Positions 1 to 11,721 are shown, counted from the first letter of the stretch. The stretch is 64,000 nt of DNA from an uncultured bacterium (GCA_963821635.1 CAWGEP010000004.1:318654-382653), one strand, 5' to 3'. Translations and numbers: made by a program. Notes: generated by a model from the letters alone, not told the origin.

Positions 1-233
1 GCATGCTCGGAGGCGGAAATAAGGACATCGAGTTTGCCCTCAAGTCCCGGGCATTCACACCGGCCGACACCAACGTGGTCGATTCCGCAAATATGCATGA
101 CGAAGTGTTTGGCCCGAATTACTCCGAAGGAACCGGCTTGATCACCGCTTACGCCGAATATCTCGGTGACGATCTGATGATCGGATACGACGCCGTCCCT
201 CAGGCCATGATTGATGATCCGTGGGCGGAATGA
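1..233 (+). CDS. 3' end of a gene of unknown function (truncated by window start)
   Basis: Open frame from the window edge to TGA at 231-233, followed by a terminator. Confidence 0.6.
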   Translation, partial: MLGGGNKDIEFALKSRAFTPADTNVVDSANMHDEVFGPNYSEGTGLITAYAEYLGDDLMIGYDAVPQAMIDDPWAE

Positions 234-267
234 AATGTTCTGAGATAGATTTTTGGGATGAAACAAG

Positions 268-294
268 ACCCCCGGCCATGTGGCCGGGGGTTTT
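268..294 (+). terminator. Rho-independent terminator
   Basis: ACCCCCGGCCA-TG-TGGCCGGGGGT inverted repeat followed by a T tract. Confidence 0.8.
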
Positions 295-303
295 AGACTG
301 ATG

Positions 304-485
304 TCATGACAGGTCCTCAGTCGACGCTCCGGGTGCATGTTGTTTGACTAAATTGATCCGGCCTGTACAATCTGTCTTTGTTTACGTAACCCTCTCCGCT
401 GACAGTGACATATCTCCCGTTGGGGGCCCACAAACCTCCACCGAAATTCGCCCTTGGAGTCCTTGTAAACTACAAATCTGTACAT
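304..485 (-). CDS. DUF1508/YegP-family small protein (about 2 frameshifts; absent from ORF track)
   Basis: RBS AAAGGAGGTGA, then MYRFVVYKDSKGEFRWRFV.PNGRYVTVSGEGYVNK..DCTGRINLVKQHAPGASTEDLS when read across frames, matching the DUF1508 pattern. Confidence 0.75.
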
Positions 486-538
486 TTGTCCTCACCTCCT
501 TTCGCGTACACGAGTAATTCTATTCCAAATTGGCAAAC

Positions 539-569
539 AAAAAAGGCTCCTACCGTTTCCGGTTGGAGC
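539..569 (-). terminator. Rho-independent terminator after the HEPN-like gene
   Basis: Minus strand GCTCCAACCG-GAAA-CGGTAGGAGC followed by CTTTTTT. Confidence 0.7.
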
Positions 570-630
570 TCAGTGATGTCGATCTTTGGAAACGGGTAAG
601 ACTCCCGTCGTCGCATGAAACTTTGACAGT

Positions 631-1387
631 TCAGCTAAATGCTATCGGGACTAAATCCTCAATAAAGCTCCTCACTCGATGCGGTCCCGGGCGATACTTT
701 CCCGGATGCCCACACTTGTTTCGCAACTTCAAGCAGTCCTCAAGCACCTCTCTTTGATATCTTGTCGACTACCCCAAGGTCCTGAGCCGCCAGCAATTGA
801 ATAGACTCCTTTACATAGGCAAAGTCATCGATGGATCTAACAATGCGCGCCTTTGGGTCATGCTTGAGAACTGCGGCATAAATCGCCGTGTTACCATATG
901 AAATCATCCGGTGCTTAAGATCTGGCGAACAGCCCCGACCCACAAAAACACTACACTGGCGCGGATGGCTCCCGCCGAGAGACAGTCGACCGCCTCCTCC
1001 ACATATCGTTTAGCCTCGGCGTCTCGGGAGCAGAAGCTACGACAGATTGTAACGTGGATACGCCTACTAGGGGTAACTTTGGCACCAATACTAGAAATGT
1101 CGACTAGGCGAGACACGTGCTTCTCGCCCGATGCAGTTATTGACCATTTGTAAGCGTTACCTGTGCCAGGTGAACTTGAGACGAGAGGCCCGAGTCTTGC
1201 AACCGTATCCGAAAGATTGGCAGTAGCAGCACCTTTAACGCGAGCTTGCGCCTCGACTTTTTTCGGAGATTTGAAAAATCTTGAGATCGACTTCGCCATC
1301 AACGTGTTTGGAATAACATAGCGCCGCGACGACCTTTTCGCCGAGGGACAATTTCGCAAGCGGTTGTAGAAACTCCCCGAGTGTCAT
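631..1387 (-). CDS. Winged-helix plus HEPN-like domain protein (multiple frameshifts)
   Basis: Joined frames: MTLGEFLQPLAKL...WSITASGEKHV (wHTH wing)...YVEEAVDCLSAGAIRASVVFLWVGAV...EVLEDCLKLRNKCGHPGKY...*; contains an R-x4-H motif. Confidence 0.6.
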
Positions 1388-1393
1388 TGCGCC

Positions 1394-1896
1394 TCACCAG
1401 TCTCCAGTGGCTTTTTCCCCTTCTGAATTTGGTATTTTCTTCTTGATGTACAGTTCTCCGGCAGTTGTGAGCTTGTACCCTTTTCCGAAATGTACAAACA
1501 ACTTCTTGCCTTCGTTCTTTGCCACTCTCAAGGTCATATCGGACCGCTGCGGGATAGTCAGCCCCACCTTATCCGCCAGATCATTGACCATTGTCTTCGT
1601 AACGACGACAGGTCCGTTTTGCGCGTAATACCAAGCGACTATCGCTTCCAGTGCGTGGGCGGGTACTTTTGTGTCAAGTGGCTCGAAGAAAGTTGTCTCC
1701 ATATCGGATGTATCGCGAGTGGGATCCCTACGTTCCGATGTTTTCGTTGTGCCGTTTTCGTTGCTGGCGCTTCTCCCCCGTCGTCTCCAACCAATAGATC
1801 AAATGCTTTAGCCCGTAGTGCAGGATCAAGCCTGCTCACGAATTGGTTAATATCGAGGATTCTCTTCTTCAATTCGGATTGACCGTCTTTGCCCAT
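1394..1896 (-). CDS. Hypothetical protein with C-terminal winged-helix (frameshifted)
   Basis: RBS GGAGGG plus ATG at 1896 (MGKDGQSELKKRILDINQF...); continues in ORF 1394..1702 ending GKGYKLTTAGELYIK. Confidence 0.55.
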
Positions 1897-1920
1897 TTGT
1901 CCCTCCAAAAAAGTACTTGA

Positions 1921-1943
1921 GCCCCGACCGAAACGATCGGGGC
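1921..1943 (-). terminator. Hairpin after groEL (probable terminator, U tract offset)
   Basis: Minus strand GCCCCGATCG-TTT-CGGTCGGGGC; T6 tract lies 8 nt downstream. Confidence 0.5.
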
Positions 1944-1982
1944 CAAAGCGCTGTTCAATGAATTGCTGTTCAGTCATCTCTT

Positions 1983-3620
<1,638 letters not shown>

Positions 3621-3671
3621 CTATTCTCCTCAATTGTTGTCGTGTAAAGAAACTGTCAGTAGGCGGAAGCC

Positions 3672-3965
3672 TTAGCTCTTCTGGATGATCGCGAAAATGT
3701 CCGATTCGCGCATGATGAGGAACTCCTCACCGTTGACCGCAACCTCGGTGCCCGAGTATTTGCCGTACAATACGCGATCCCCTTTTTTGACTTCGAGAGA
3801 AATTTTCTTGCCGTCATCGGTGGTCCGGCCGGGACCGACTTCAATGATCTCCCCTTCCATGGGTTTTTCTTTGGCAGTGTCGGGGATGATGATGCCACCC
3901 TTTTTGACTTCCTGCTCCTGCAGTGCTTTGATCACGACTCGATCAGCAAGCGGTTTGATGTTCAT
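3672..3965 (-). CDS. groES: Co-chaperonin GroES
   Basis: [12 protein letters not shown]...[13 protein letters not shown]. Confidence 0.99.
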   Translation of the reverse strand: MNIKPLADRVVIKALQEQEVKKGGIIIPDTAKEKPMEGEIIEVGPGRTTDDGKKISLEVKKGDRVLYGKYSGTEVAVNGEEFLIMRESDIFAIIQKS

Positions 3966-4056
3966 TTGAAAACCTCCTAAGTTGAAAATTGATTTAGTCC
4001 GATTTTCACCGCGTCACGTCCTGCGAGTTCTTCCTCCGGCCTTCCGCGAGCGGCGC

Positions 4057-4083
4057 TTAGCACTCATTACTACGGAGTGCTAA
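4057..4083. promoter_or_regulatory. CIRCE element (HrcA operator)
   Basis: Perfect TTAGCACTC-N9-GAGTGCTAA upstream of groES. Confidence 0.97.
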
Positions 4084-4089
4084 CAAACT

Positions 4090-4119
4090 ATGGTACCACT
4101 TAAACGCGGAATCTGTCAA
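4090..4119 (-). promoter_or_regulatory. Sigma70-type promoter of groESL
   Basis: TTGACA-N18-TACCAT with a TG extension, just upstream of CIRCE. Confidence 0.6.
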
Positions 4120-4404
4120 GGGGTTTCAGGATAGACTGGCCAAGTCTGTGATTTTTTTCATTTTCGGGGACCTTCCGGAGACCCGATAGTATCAGTTAAC
4201 TCATTGAAATCTAATAAATTGACTGACACTCCGGCGCATTTCAAGTCAAAACTGTTGTCCCATATGGTGATCGCCGGATATTGGCGGAGCCGGTAGTCCA
4301 TCAAATGGAATCCCGTGCAAAATCCGCGAAATAGCTTGACAAAACTCGAAACAAGCATAGATATATGTACGTATGCCGATATATACAATGATAGGAAAGT
4401 CCAT

Positions 4405-4680
4405 ATGAGCATAGGTAAGCTATTCCAAGCCCTCTCGGACCAGACGAGGCGGGAGATTCTCCAGCTTCTAAAGGAGAAGGACCTGACCCCCTCGGAGATG
4501 CTGGAGAAGTTGAAGGTTACGCAGCCGACCCTCTCGCATCACCTGGATATTCTCAAACGGGCTGATTTGGTACATGCCGAGCGGGAAGGGCAGTTCATTC
4601 GGTACGGATTGAACATGAGTGTTTTCCAGCGAGCCATGGAGTATATCGTTCAATTTACGAATAAGGAGAAGGAATCATGA
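4405..4680 (+). CDS. ArsR-family repressor, SdpR-like
   Basis: FQALSDQTRREIL...QPTLSHHLDILKRADLV; overlaps the start of the SdpI-like gene; TTGACA at 4336. Confidence 0.9.
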   Translation: MSIGKLFQALSDQTRREILQLLKEKDLTPSEMLEKLKVTQPTLSHHLDILKRADLVHAEREGQFIRYGLNMSVFQRAMEYIVQFTNKEKES

Positions 4681-5349
4681 AATGGAGCATACGCCGCGAG
4701 GTAATTCCGATTGCCGTCCTGCTGCTTTTCGGAGCTCTTACTCTGTATCTGTTTCCCGGGCTGCCGGACCAAATCCCATCGCACTTTGACCTTAAAGGGA
4801 ATGTCGATCGGTACGAGTCCAGGGGTGCCTTTGTCTGGACATTTTTGGGGATAATGCTCGGGCTGTACGCGATTCTAACGCTGCGTCCCGTTTATCGACC
4901 CGTTCTGGCGGCGGATCAAAGAGCGGTACAACATCTTCCTGATTCTTCGGGACTGTATGATGGTCTGTATGCTGGCCTTTTACACCGTGCTGATCTTGTC
5001 GGCCAAGACCGGGCATCTCAGCCAGACCGGGATGGGGGTGGCGTTTGGGCTGGTGTTCGTGCTGTTCGGTAATTACATGCCGAAACTCCCGAGGAATTTC
5101 TTCTTCGGCATACGTTCCCCCTGGACGCTGGCGTCGGAGGAAGTCTGGAAGCGGACTCACGCCGTTGGCGGCTGGCTCTGGGTCATGGCGGGACTCATAG
5201 TCATCACCATGTCGATTGGCGGAATAGATTTCGGCCTGACGATGCTCGTGGTGATGATCCCACTGGTCCTTTTCACGGGCCTAGTTTACCCGTTCTATCT
5301 CTATAAGAAGCTACAGAAGGAGCACAAACTGACAACGCCGGAGTTGTAG
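4677..5349 (+). CDS. SdpI-family membrane immunity protein (DUF1648 plus SdpI); frameshift near 4884
   Basis: LPDQIPSHFD..G.VD and GNYMPKLPRNFFFGIRSPWTLASEEVWKRTH motifs in two consecutive frames. Confidence 0.88.
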
Positions 5350-5352
5350 GGC

Positions 5353-5844
5353 TCATCCGAAACTCCGCTCTTTCCCCATCGCCCGGCGGATCATGACAAT
5401 CTGACCAGCGTGATAGAAGTCGTGCGCACACAGAAATAGAACCGTGTGAAGCGGCGAGTCAGTCCAGTTGGGCATTATTAGCCGTTCGGTCTCCAGATAT
5501 ACATCATCCGCGGCATCAATGAGCGATACCACTTTCCCCTGGCCGGTATAGAGAGACGTGCGAAGATCAGCCATTTTAGGAAGAATATCCCCCGGCTTGG
5601 GGGCCGGCGCGCCCCGACGGAAAATCTCAGCCCAGGATTCGGGGGTGTCAAAATCACCTCCCAGAGTTTTGGCCTGAAGCTTGGCGGTGAACAACAGATG
5701 GCCGGTGAGCCACTTGATGTGATTGGGGTTTCGCTCGAAGGTCCGCAGCGACTCCTCTTCAGAAACATCGTCCAGCAACCGGCGAATCGCCCCCTGGACG
5801 GTCGTTACGTGCGGTTTCAGAACTTCTCGTTTGCTCAGGCTCAT
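5353..5844 (-). CDS. DinB-family protein
   Basis: NHIKWLTGHL and HDFYHAGQI metal-ligand motifs. Confidence 0.85.
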   Translation of the reverse strand: MSLSKREVLKPHVTTVQGAIRRLLDDVSEEESLRTFERNPNHIKWLTGHLLFTAKLQAKTLGGDFDTPESWAEIFRRGAPAPKPGDILPKMADLRTSLYTGQGKVVSLIDAADDVYLETERLIMPNWTDSPLHTVLFLCAHDFYHAGQIVMIRRAMGKERSFG

Positions 5845-5878
5845 AGTCAAAGTCTCCCGATAAAGGCCGTTCTGAGGG

Positions 5879-6643
5879 CTAGTTCATCTCCCCGATCAAT
5901 CTGATTCCCTCAAGGGTGAGGGTCGGCTCAATCAATTTGATATGTTTCGAGTATTTTTCTATCCCGCTCGCCAAACCGCCGGTGGCGACCACACGGGCAT
6001 TGGGGAATTTGGCTTCCTCGATGATCTTCTCGACGAGATAATCCACCTGCCCGACCGTACCGTAAAACAGGCCGGATTTCAGCGCTCCGGCGGTAGATTT
6101 GCCGATGACGCTGTCCGGGGGCTCGATCCGGACTTCGAATAACCGCGCCGCTTTGCGGGCGAGTTCGGTCATCGAAGTTTCCGGTCCCGGGATCAAGACC
6201 CCTCCGAGATAATTGCCGGAAGCATCGACAACATCGAAATTAGTGGTAGTGCCAAAATCGACAACGATAATCGGCCCGCCAAATTTCTGAAATCCGGCCA
6301 CGCCATTGGCAATACGGTCGGCCCCAAGCTGATCCGGCTGGTCGATCATGATTTTGATCGGCAGTTTGACGTGCGAAGAGATAAAGAGCGGGATGCAGCC
6401 GAAATATTTCTTGGCGGTGCGTTCAAAGACGGGGGTCAAGGACGGAACCACCGAAGCAATCACTACCTTCTCGATCTCTTCGTTGGCGATTTTCATTCGT
6501 TCCAACAGCCCGGTCACGAAAAAGCCGGCCTCATCGGAAGTCATGGTGCGATTCGACGAAACGCGGAAATGGTCTTTAAGCGTCTGAGCTTTGAACACGC
6601 CGACGACCGTGTTGGTATTTCCGATATCGATGGCCAGGAGCAT
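5879..6643 (-). CDS. coaX: Type III pantothenate kinase
   Basis: LAIDIGNTN, LGADR, VDFGTTT, TGG motifs. Confidence 0.96.
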   Translation of the reverse strand: MLLAIDIGNTNTVVGVFKAQTLKDHFRVSSNRTMTSDEAGFFVTGLLERMKIANEEIEKVVIASVVPSLTPVFERTAKKYFGCIPLFISSHVKLPIKIMIDQPDQLGADRIANGVAGFQKFGGPIIVVDFGTTTNFDVVDASGNYLGGVLIPGPETSMTELARKAARLFEVRIEPPDSVIGKSTAGALKSGLFYGTVGQVDYLVEKIIEEAKFPNARVVATGGLASGIEKYSKHIKLIEPTLTLEGIRLIGEMN

Positions 6644-6812
6644 GACGTCAATATACCGGCCGAGCGACCCAACGGCAAGTTGTTACAACTCTACGATTAC
6701 GCCCGGAAGGTTGTCCCCGCCTAGTTTATCCCTGACAGAGGAGTTACCGGCTGGTATATTGCGAGCAACGGCGCACTTTTTGGAGCAAGGGTCGCGTGGC
6801 CGAGAACCGTCT

Positions 6813-7229
6813 ATGGAAATTACGATCATACCAGATTTCATTCTGAACAGAGTCACATCATCGGCGGCGCGGCAACTACAGCTGGATCGCGTGGGGAGCG
6901 GCCTGCTGGTCCTGCTCGCACCTTTTTTCCTTATGGCTTTCCCTCTCCCCCATTTCTGCCTGATCCAAGAACTGTTCGGAGTCCCGTGTCCGGGTTGTGG
7001 CATCACCCAGGGGGTGATGATTTGTTTGACTCAAGGGCCTGGGGCAGGATGGGTCGCCAGTCCCGGAGCTGTGATGGTGGTTCTGGCCATGTCGATTCAA
7101 ATCGTGTCCGGGTTAGCGGCGACAATTCGCGCACAATCGAGCTTCGCGGCCGGCGTGGTGATGCGCTGGACGAGCCGGTTGGCCCTATCCGGAATCATAG
7201 TGGCGTGGATTATTCGACTCAGTCAGTAA
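6813..7229 (+). CDS. DUF2752 membrane protein
   Basis: C...FGVPCPGCGITQG motif plus three hydrophobic segments. Confidence 0.8.
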   Translation: MEITIIPDFILNRVTSSAARQLQLDRVGSGLLVLLAPFFLMAFPLPHFCLIQELFGVPCPGCGITQGVMICLTQGPGAGWVASPGAVMVVLAMSIQIVSGLAATIRAQSSFAAGVVMRWTSRLALSGIIVAWIIRLSQ

Positions 7230-7247
7230 AGCTTTAAGGAGGTTCGA

Positions 7248-7418
7248 GTGTCATCCATCATTTCGTGTCCGAAATGCAACCAACTGGCCGTCCGAGGAGG
7301 TTTTAAGCCCTGGCAGATTATTGTGGCGATCTGTTTTTTCCCGATCGGGCTCCTGGCATTCCTGGCTGATCGGGAGCCGACCCGGTGTCCGAGCTGCGGC
7401 TTCATCTGGCAGTGCTAA
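7248..7418 (+). CDS. 56-aa CxxC-hydrophobic hairpin-CxxC protein (BRI3/LITAF-like); absent from ORF track
   Basis: RBS TAAGGAGG, GTG start: MSSIISCPKCNQLAVRGGFKPWQIIVAICFFPIGLLAFLADREPTRCPSCGFIWQC. Confidence 0.8.
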   Translation: MSSIISCPKCNQLAVRGGFKPWQIIVAICFFPIGLLAFLADREPTRCPSCGFIWQC

Positions 7419-7430
7419 GATTTTGCGAAA

Positions 7431-7465
7431 GCGCGGATGGGGCGATTGGCGCTCCCAATCCGCGC
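7431..7465. terminator. Hairpin between convergent genes
   Basis: GCGCGGAT...ATCCGCGC stem. Confidence 0.5.
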
Positions 7466-7486
7466 AGTTGACGCGAGAATAAATGA

Positions 7487-7837
7487 TCAGGGTTTGGGGT
7501 CGAACAGCCCGAGCGCGTTTCCTTCCGGATCGGCAAACCAGGCGAATTTTCCCATGTTCGGTATAGGGGTCATCGGCACGATCGTTTTGCCGCCGAGGGA
7601 AGTGATTTTGTCAAGAGCCCTCGGGATGTCATCTACTTGGATATACAGCGTCACATAGTTGTGCGGTTCGTGGCCGAGCGTGTTGATATGACCATTGATG
7701 CCTTCCTTGATGCCGGTGTCTATCATCGCTGCCGGGCCATAGGCCTGCATTTTCCAATCGAACGCTTTCTGGTAAAATTCCTGGGCTTTTTGGTTGTCGC
7801 GGCAGCCGATTTCAAAGTGGATTACAGGGTGAGCCAT
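7487..7837 (-). CDS. VOC/glyoxalase-family protein
   Basis: HPVIHFEI...FYQKAFDW...FAWFADPEGN. Confidence 0.9.
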   Translation of the reverse strand: MAHPVIHFEIGCRDNQKAQEFYQKAFDWKMQAYGPAAMIDTGIKEGINGHINTLGHEPHNYVTLYIQVDDIPRALDKITSLGGKTIVPMTPIPNMGKFAWFADPEGNALGLFDPKP

Positions 7838-7892
7838 GGTGCAGATCCTCTGAGTTATAAGTATTCGGTTTAGTTTCGGGAATATGAAAGTA

Positions 7893-8831
7893 TTACGCCG
7901 TTCGATTCAGTTTTGTTCCCAGAACTCTGAGCACCTTGATCACTTCTTCGCGGTGAACGTGGTGAACCATATGCCCGGTCCCGGGAAGAATTATGAGCTG
8001 GGCGTTAGGGAGATCGAGGGCCAGCCGCCGGGCAGTCCTGTCCGGAAGCGTGATCAGATCCGAGTCTCCGGCCACAATGACTGCCGGATTCTGGATTCCC
8101 TTGTATAGGCCGGTGATGGCGTCAAGACTCGACTTGAAATGAACGACTTCATCAGCTACGGTCCGAAATTGTTCCGGTCGGGCCGAATACTGTCGCAGCG
8201 TATCGGCATATGCTCTCGAGGGTGGATTGGGGCGATAGGATCGCCCTACTATACCCCTTCCCAGTGCCAGGGCTATCGGGACAAACATCGGCCGTGCCAG
8301 AAGCGGCCCCAGCCAGGGCATAACCTTTGTTCCGGGCGCCAGGTTCGGCATGCCGTCGGGGTACGCGCCGGGGGCGAGCAAGACTAGAGCGGCGACATCG
8401 TCGGGGTAGTCAACGGCGTATTGCAAGGCGACAGCGCCGCCATAGGAATGGCCGACTATGATCGGCTTGCCACCGACGAGCCGGCTCACCGCCAGATGAA
8501 TCAGTCTCGCGGTCATTGCCAAAGTCACCGGTTCGTCGAGAGGACGACCGCTGTACCCGTGACCGGGGCGGTCAACAGCAATGGCATGAAACTCGTCCGC
8601 GACCGAATCGAAAATGGTCTGGGTGAAGTCCTGTAAGATCCCGTCGCTGCCGTGAATCATCACCACAGGAACACCGGTACCGCGCTCGACATAGTGAAGC
8701 CTGACAGACTCGACCTCGATGAACTTCCCGACCGGCGGAAAGTTGCGATACGACCTGGCCAGCTGCCACTTCCCTATGACCGTGAGCAACCCCGCCAGCC
8801 CGAGGATGACAAGTAGAACGACCAATTGCAA
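7893..8831 (-). CDS. Alpha/beta hydrolase with N-terminal membrane anchor
   Basis: IHG, DRPGHGYS, GHSYG nucleophile elbow, GHM. Confidence 0.92.
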   Translation of the reverse strand: MQLVVLLVILGLAGLLTVIGKWQLARSYRNFPPVGKFIEVESVRLHYVERGTGVPVVMIHGSDGILQDFTQTIFDSVADEFHAIAVDRPGHGYSGRPLDEPVTLAMTARLIHLAVSRLVGGKPIIVGHSYGGAVALQYAVDYPDDVAALVLLAPGAYPDGMPNLAPGTKVMPWLGPLLARPMFVPIALALGRGIVGRSYRPNPPSRAYADTLRQYSARPEQFRTVADEVVHFKSSLDAITGLYKGIQNPAVIVAGDSDLITLPDRTARRLALDLPNAQLIILPGTGHMVHHVHREEVIKVLRVLGTKLNRTA

Positions 8832-9054
8832 TCACGTGATCTCTCCCATCAGGATCCAAGGCAGACCGTCAATCCCAAAGCAGTCCTATCAGCGGCCTAG
8901 GACAGAGTCTCGGCCGAAGGAAAAAAGTACGGCCAGCCAATCCAAACATAGCAGGTGGGGATTCCCCGGAAAGCCTCGATCGGACATCGGGGCGGACGAT
9001 CGATTCGGCATATTTGGAAGTTGAGGCTCCCGGCGCGCCTGCATATATTTGGAC

Positions 9055-9750
9055 ATGCCCGAACATCATCCCACCTATTCGCTCGGCCCGGATTTTGACG
9101 CCAAATTAGAGTCGTTCACTGAGGCATTTCTGTCGGCCGGGTGGGAGGTGTTTGGTTCCGAATTCGCGAATCTTGAGTCGTTCATAAAGGCCGCGAAGGA
9201 GGACGCCTCAGATCGGGACGACCAGAAGCTCAGGCGAACCGATAAGTCGTTGTATCTCCTGGAGGCGGTCGCCTGCAAAATCTACGACAAGCTGAATACC
9301 GCCAAATTCAACCGGACGACCGAGACGCTGATCGTGCTCCCGGATTGTCTGACGCTGCACAATCCGTACTGTGAGAAATCGGATTCCCGGCATGGCGACG
9401 AGTGCGAAGGGTGCACGCCGGAATGTCCGGCACACCGGGTGAGTAGTCTGGCGAAGAAGTACGGGGCCAAAGTACTGTTCTCCAAACGGAAACTTGAAGA
9501 GCAGCTTGAATATCACAAGGGGAAGTCCAAAAACCTGGGAGTGATCGGAATCGGCTGCATTTTAATGCTTGCCCACGGAATGCGGACAGCGCTTGATCTG
9601 GAGATTCCGGTCAGGGGAATTCCCCTTGACTACTGCGGGTGCGACCATTGGACTGATGAGCAGCAGGCGACATCATTTCCGCTTGATCGCCTGGAGCAAA
9701 TGCTGAAGGAAAAACATGCTGTATCAGATACGCCGACTCACGATCAATGA
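9055..9750 (+). CDS. DUF116-family protein
   Basis: LPDCL...C...CEGC...C, GVIGIGC, VRGIPL...C pattern. Confidence 0.75.
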   Translation: MPEHHPTYSLGPDFDAKLESFTEAFLSAGWEVFGSEFANLESFIKAAKEDASDRDDQKLRRTDKSLYLLEAVACKIYDKLNTAKFNRTTETLIVLPDCLTLHNPYCEKSDSRHGDECEGCTPECPAHRVSSLAKKYGAKVLFSKRKLEEQLEYHKGKSKNLGVIGIGCILMLAHGMRTALDLEIPVRGIPLDYCGCDHWTDEQQATSFPLDRLEQMLKEKHAVSDTPTHDQ

Positions 9751-10150
9751 TTTCGATGAGATGATTCGGGTTTGGTCTGACGCCGGGCTGCCGTACAAGC
9801 CCAAGGGTCGGGAGAGCCGCACCAGCATCGCCCGGGAACTGGCGGCCGCCGGGGTATCCTTCTGGGGGCTATTTGACGGGGAACAGATGATCGGCCTGGC
9901 CATTGCCAATTGGGACGGCCGGCGGGGCTGGGTGAACCGCCTGGCGATCGATCCGGAATACCGCGGTCAACGATTGGCAGGAGAATTGATTCGCGAATGC
10001 GAGAGATTTTTGGAATCCCAGGGAGCCACGGTCATAGCAGCGCTCATTGAGGAACTGAATCTTCCCTCGATGTCCGCGTTCGAGCACGAAGGGTACCGGT
10101 GTCTTCCGGAGATAAAGTATTTTGCCAAGAGGCAGTCCCAGGACAGCTAG
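9716..10150 (+). CDS. GNAT acetyltransferase
   Basis: DGRRGWVNRLAIDPEYRGQRLA. Confidence 0.9.
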   Translation: MLYQIRRLTINDFDEMIRVWSDAGLPYKPKGRESRTSIARELAAAGVSFWGLFDGEQMIGLAIANWDGRRGWVNRLAIDPEYRGQRLAGELIRECERFLESQGATVIAALIEELNLPSMSAFEHEGYRCLPEIKYFAKRQSQDS

Positions 10151-10196
10151 CGGGTCACGCCCCCTGGCGAAGAAATTGCAGGGAGAGAGATAAGCG

Positions 10197-11721
10197 ATGA
10201 ACTATCCATTTTGGGACGTAGGAATCGGGTACGGAGTAATCATGGCCGTGGTGGCTGTGCTGCACGTCTTTGTGTCGCATTTCGCCATCGGTGGCGGCCT
10301 GTATCTGGTAGTGACCGAACGGGCCGCGCGGAAAGCCGGCGATCAGGTGCGGCTTGAATATCTGCAGAAGTTGAGCCGGTTCTTTGTGCTGGTGACGCTT
10401 CCTTTCGGCGCCGTGTCCGGAGTAGGCATTTGGTTTGTGATCGGCGTGCTGAACCCGGCGGCCACCGAAGTGCTCATACACAATTTTGTCTGGGGCTGGG
10501 CCACCGAGTGGACATTCTTTGTAGTCGAGATCGCGGCCGCCCTGCTCTATTTCTACGGCTGGAAGAAAATGTCGCCGCGCGACCACATGGCGATCGGCTG
10601 GATCTACTTCATTTTCGCCTGGCTTTCCCTGGTCGTGATCAACGGGATTTTGGCCTTTATGCTGACCCCGGGGACCTGGCTGCAGACCGGAAATTTCTGG
10701 GATGGGTTCTTCAATGCCACCTACTGGCCGACGCTGTTCTTCAGAACCGGCGTCTGTGTCATGCTGGCGGGATTATACGCAATGATTATCGCGTCTCGCG
10801 AGAAAGAGAATCTCCGGGCCGGGATCGTCCGATACAACGCCACCTGGATTATTGCCGGACTGGCGCTGATGGTGCCGACCTTCTACTGGTACTGGAAGTC
10901 GATCCCAGCGGACATAATCGCCAAAGCCCTTGAGATTATGACCACGCCGATGCACGCCATGTACAGTTCATTCTGGGTAGCCGGCATTATCGCGGCGCTG
11001 GTGCTTCTGTTCGGCCTCCTGTTGCCGAAACAATACCACACCGTCGTGGCCCTGGCGGTTATGGCGCTTGGGCTTTTGTGGTTCGGAGAGTTCGAGTGGT
11101 TCAGGGAATCGATTCGCAAACCATATATCATCTCGGGCTTCATGTACGGCAACGGCGTGGAAGTAGCCAAGCTTCCGAATTATCAATCAGCGGGCCTGTT
11201 GCCCGAGATCAAATACCGGACGAGCGATGAAGGGAGTCGATCTTTTCAATCGCGCCTGCCGGAGTTGCCATACGATCAACGGGTACAAGCCGCTCAAGCC
11301 GCAGTTTGACGGCACCGATGAGCGGTTTATCGCGTCCATCATACAGAGCGCTTCATTGCTGAAAGGGAATATGCCGCCGTTCGCCGGGACTTCCCATGAG
11401 GCCGGGTTGATTGCGGCCCATATCTACGCGCAGACCGATCACCGCCCCACCGGCGTGATTTACGGTTTGAGCGGGGTCGAGCTCGGCAAAAAAGTCTATG
11501 ACATTCGCTGCGCCTGCTGCCACCTGCAGGGATCATCCGGCGACAAGCTGAAATCGCTGGCCGGGAAAACGGCGCAGGATTACAGCGATCTGCTGGACCA
11601 GGCGGAATCACTGGGAGACGGAATGCCGGCGTTTACGGCCGACAGCACCGACCGGGCCGCGCTTATCCAGTATCTCACTTCGCTTCAAACAGGAGGAAAC
11701 AATGCAAGCTCCGGGTTATAA
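10197..11721 (+). CDS. Cytochrome bd subunit I-like membrane protein with C-terminal c-type cytochrome domains; frameshift near 11232
   Basis: HVFVSHFAIGGG, GAVSGVGIWF, WATEWTFF, EWFRESIRKPY; then CRSCH and CACCH heme motifs. Confidence 0.8.
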
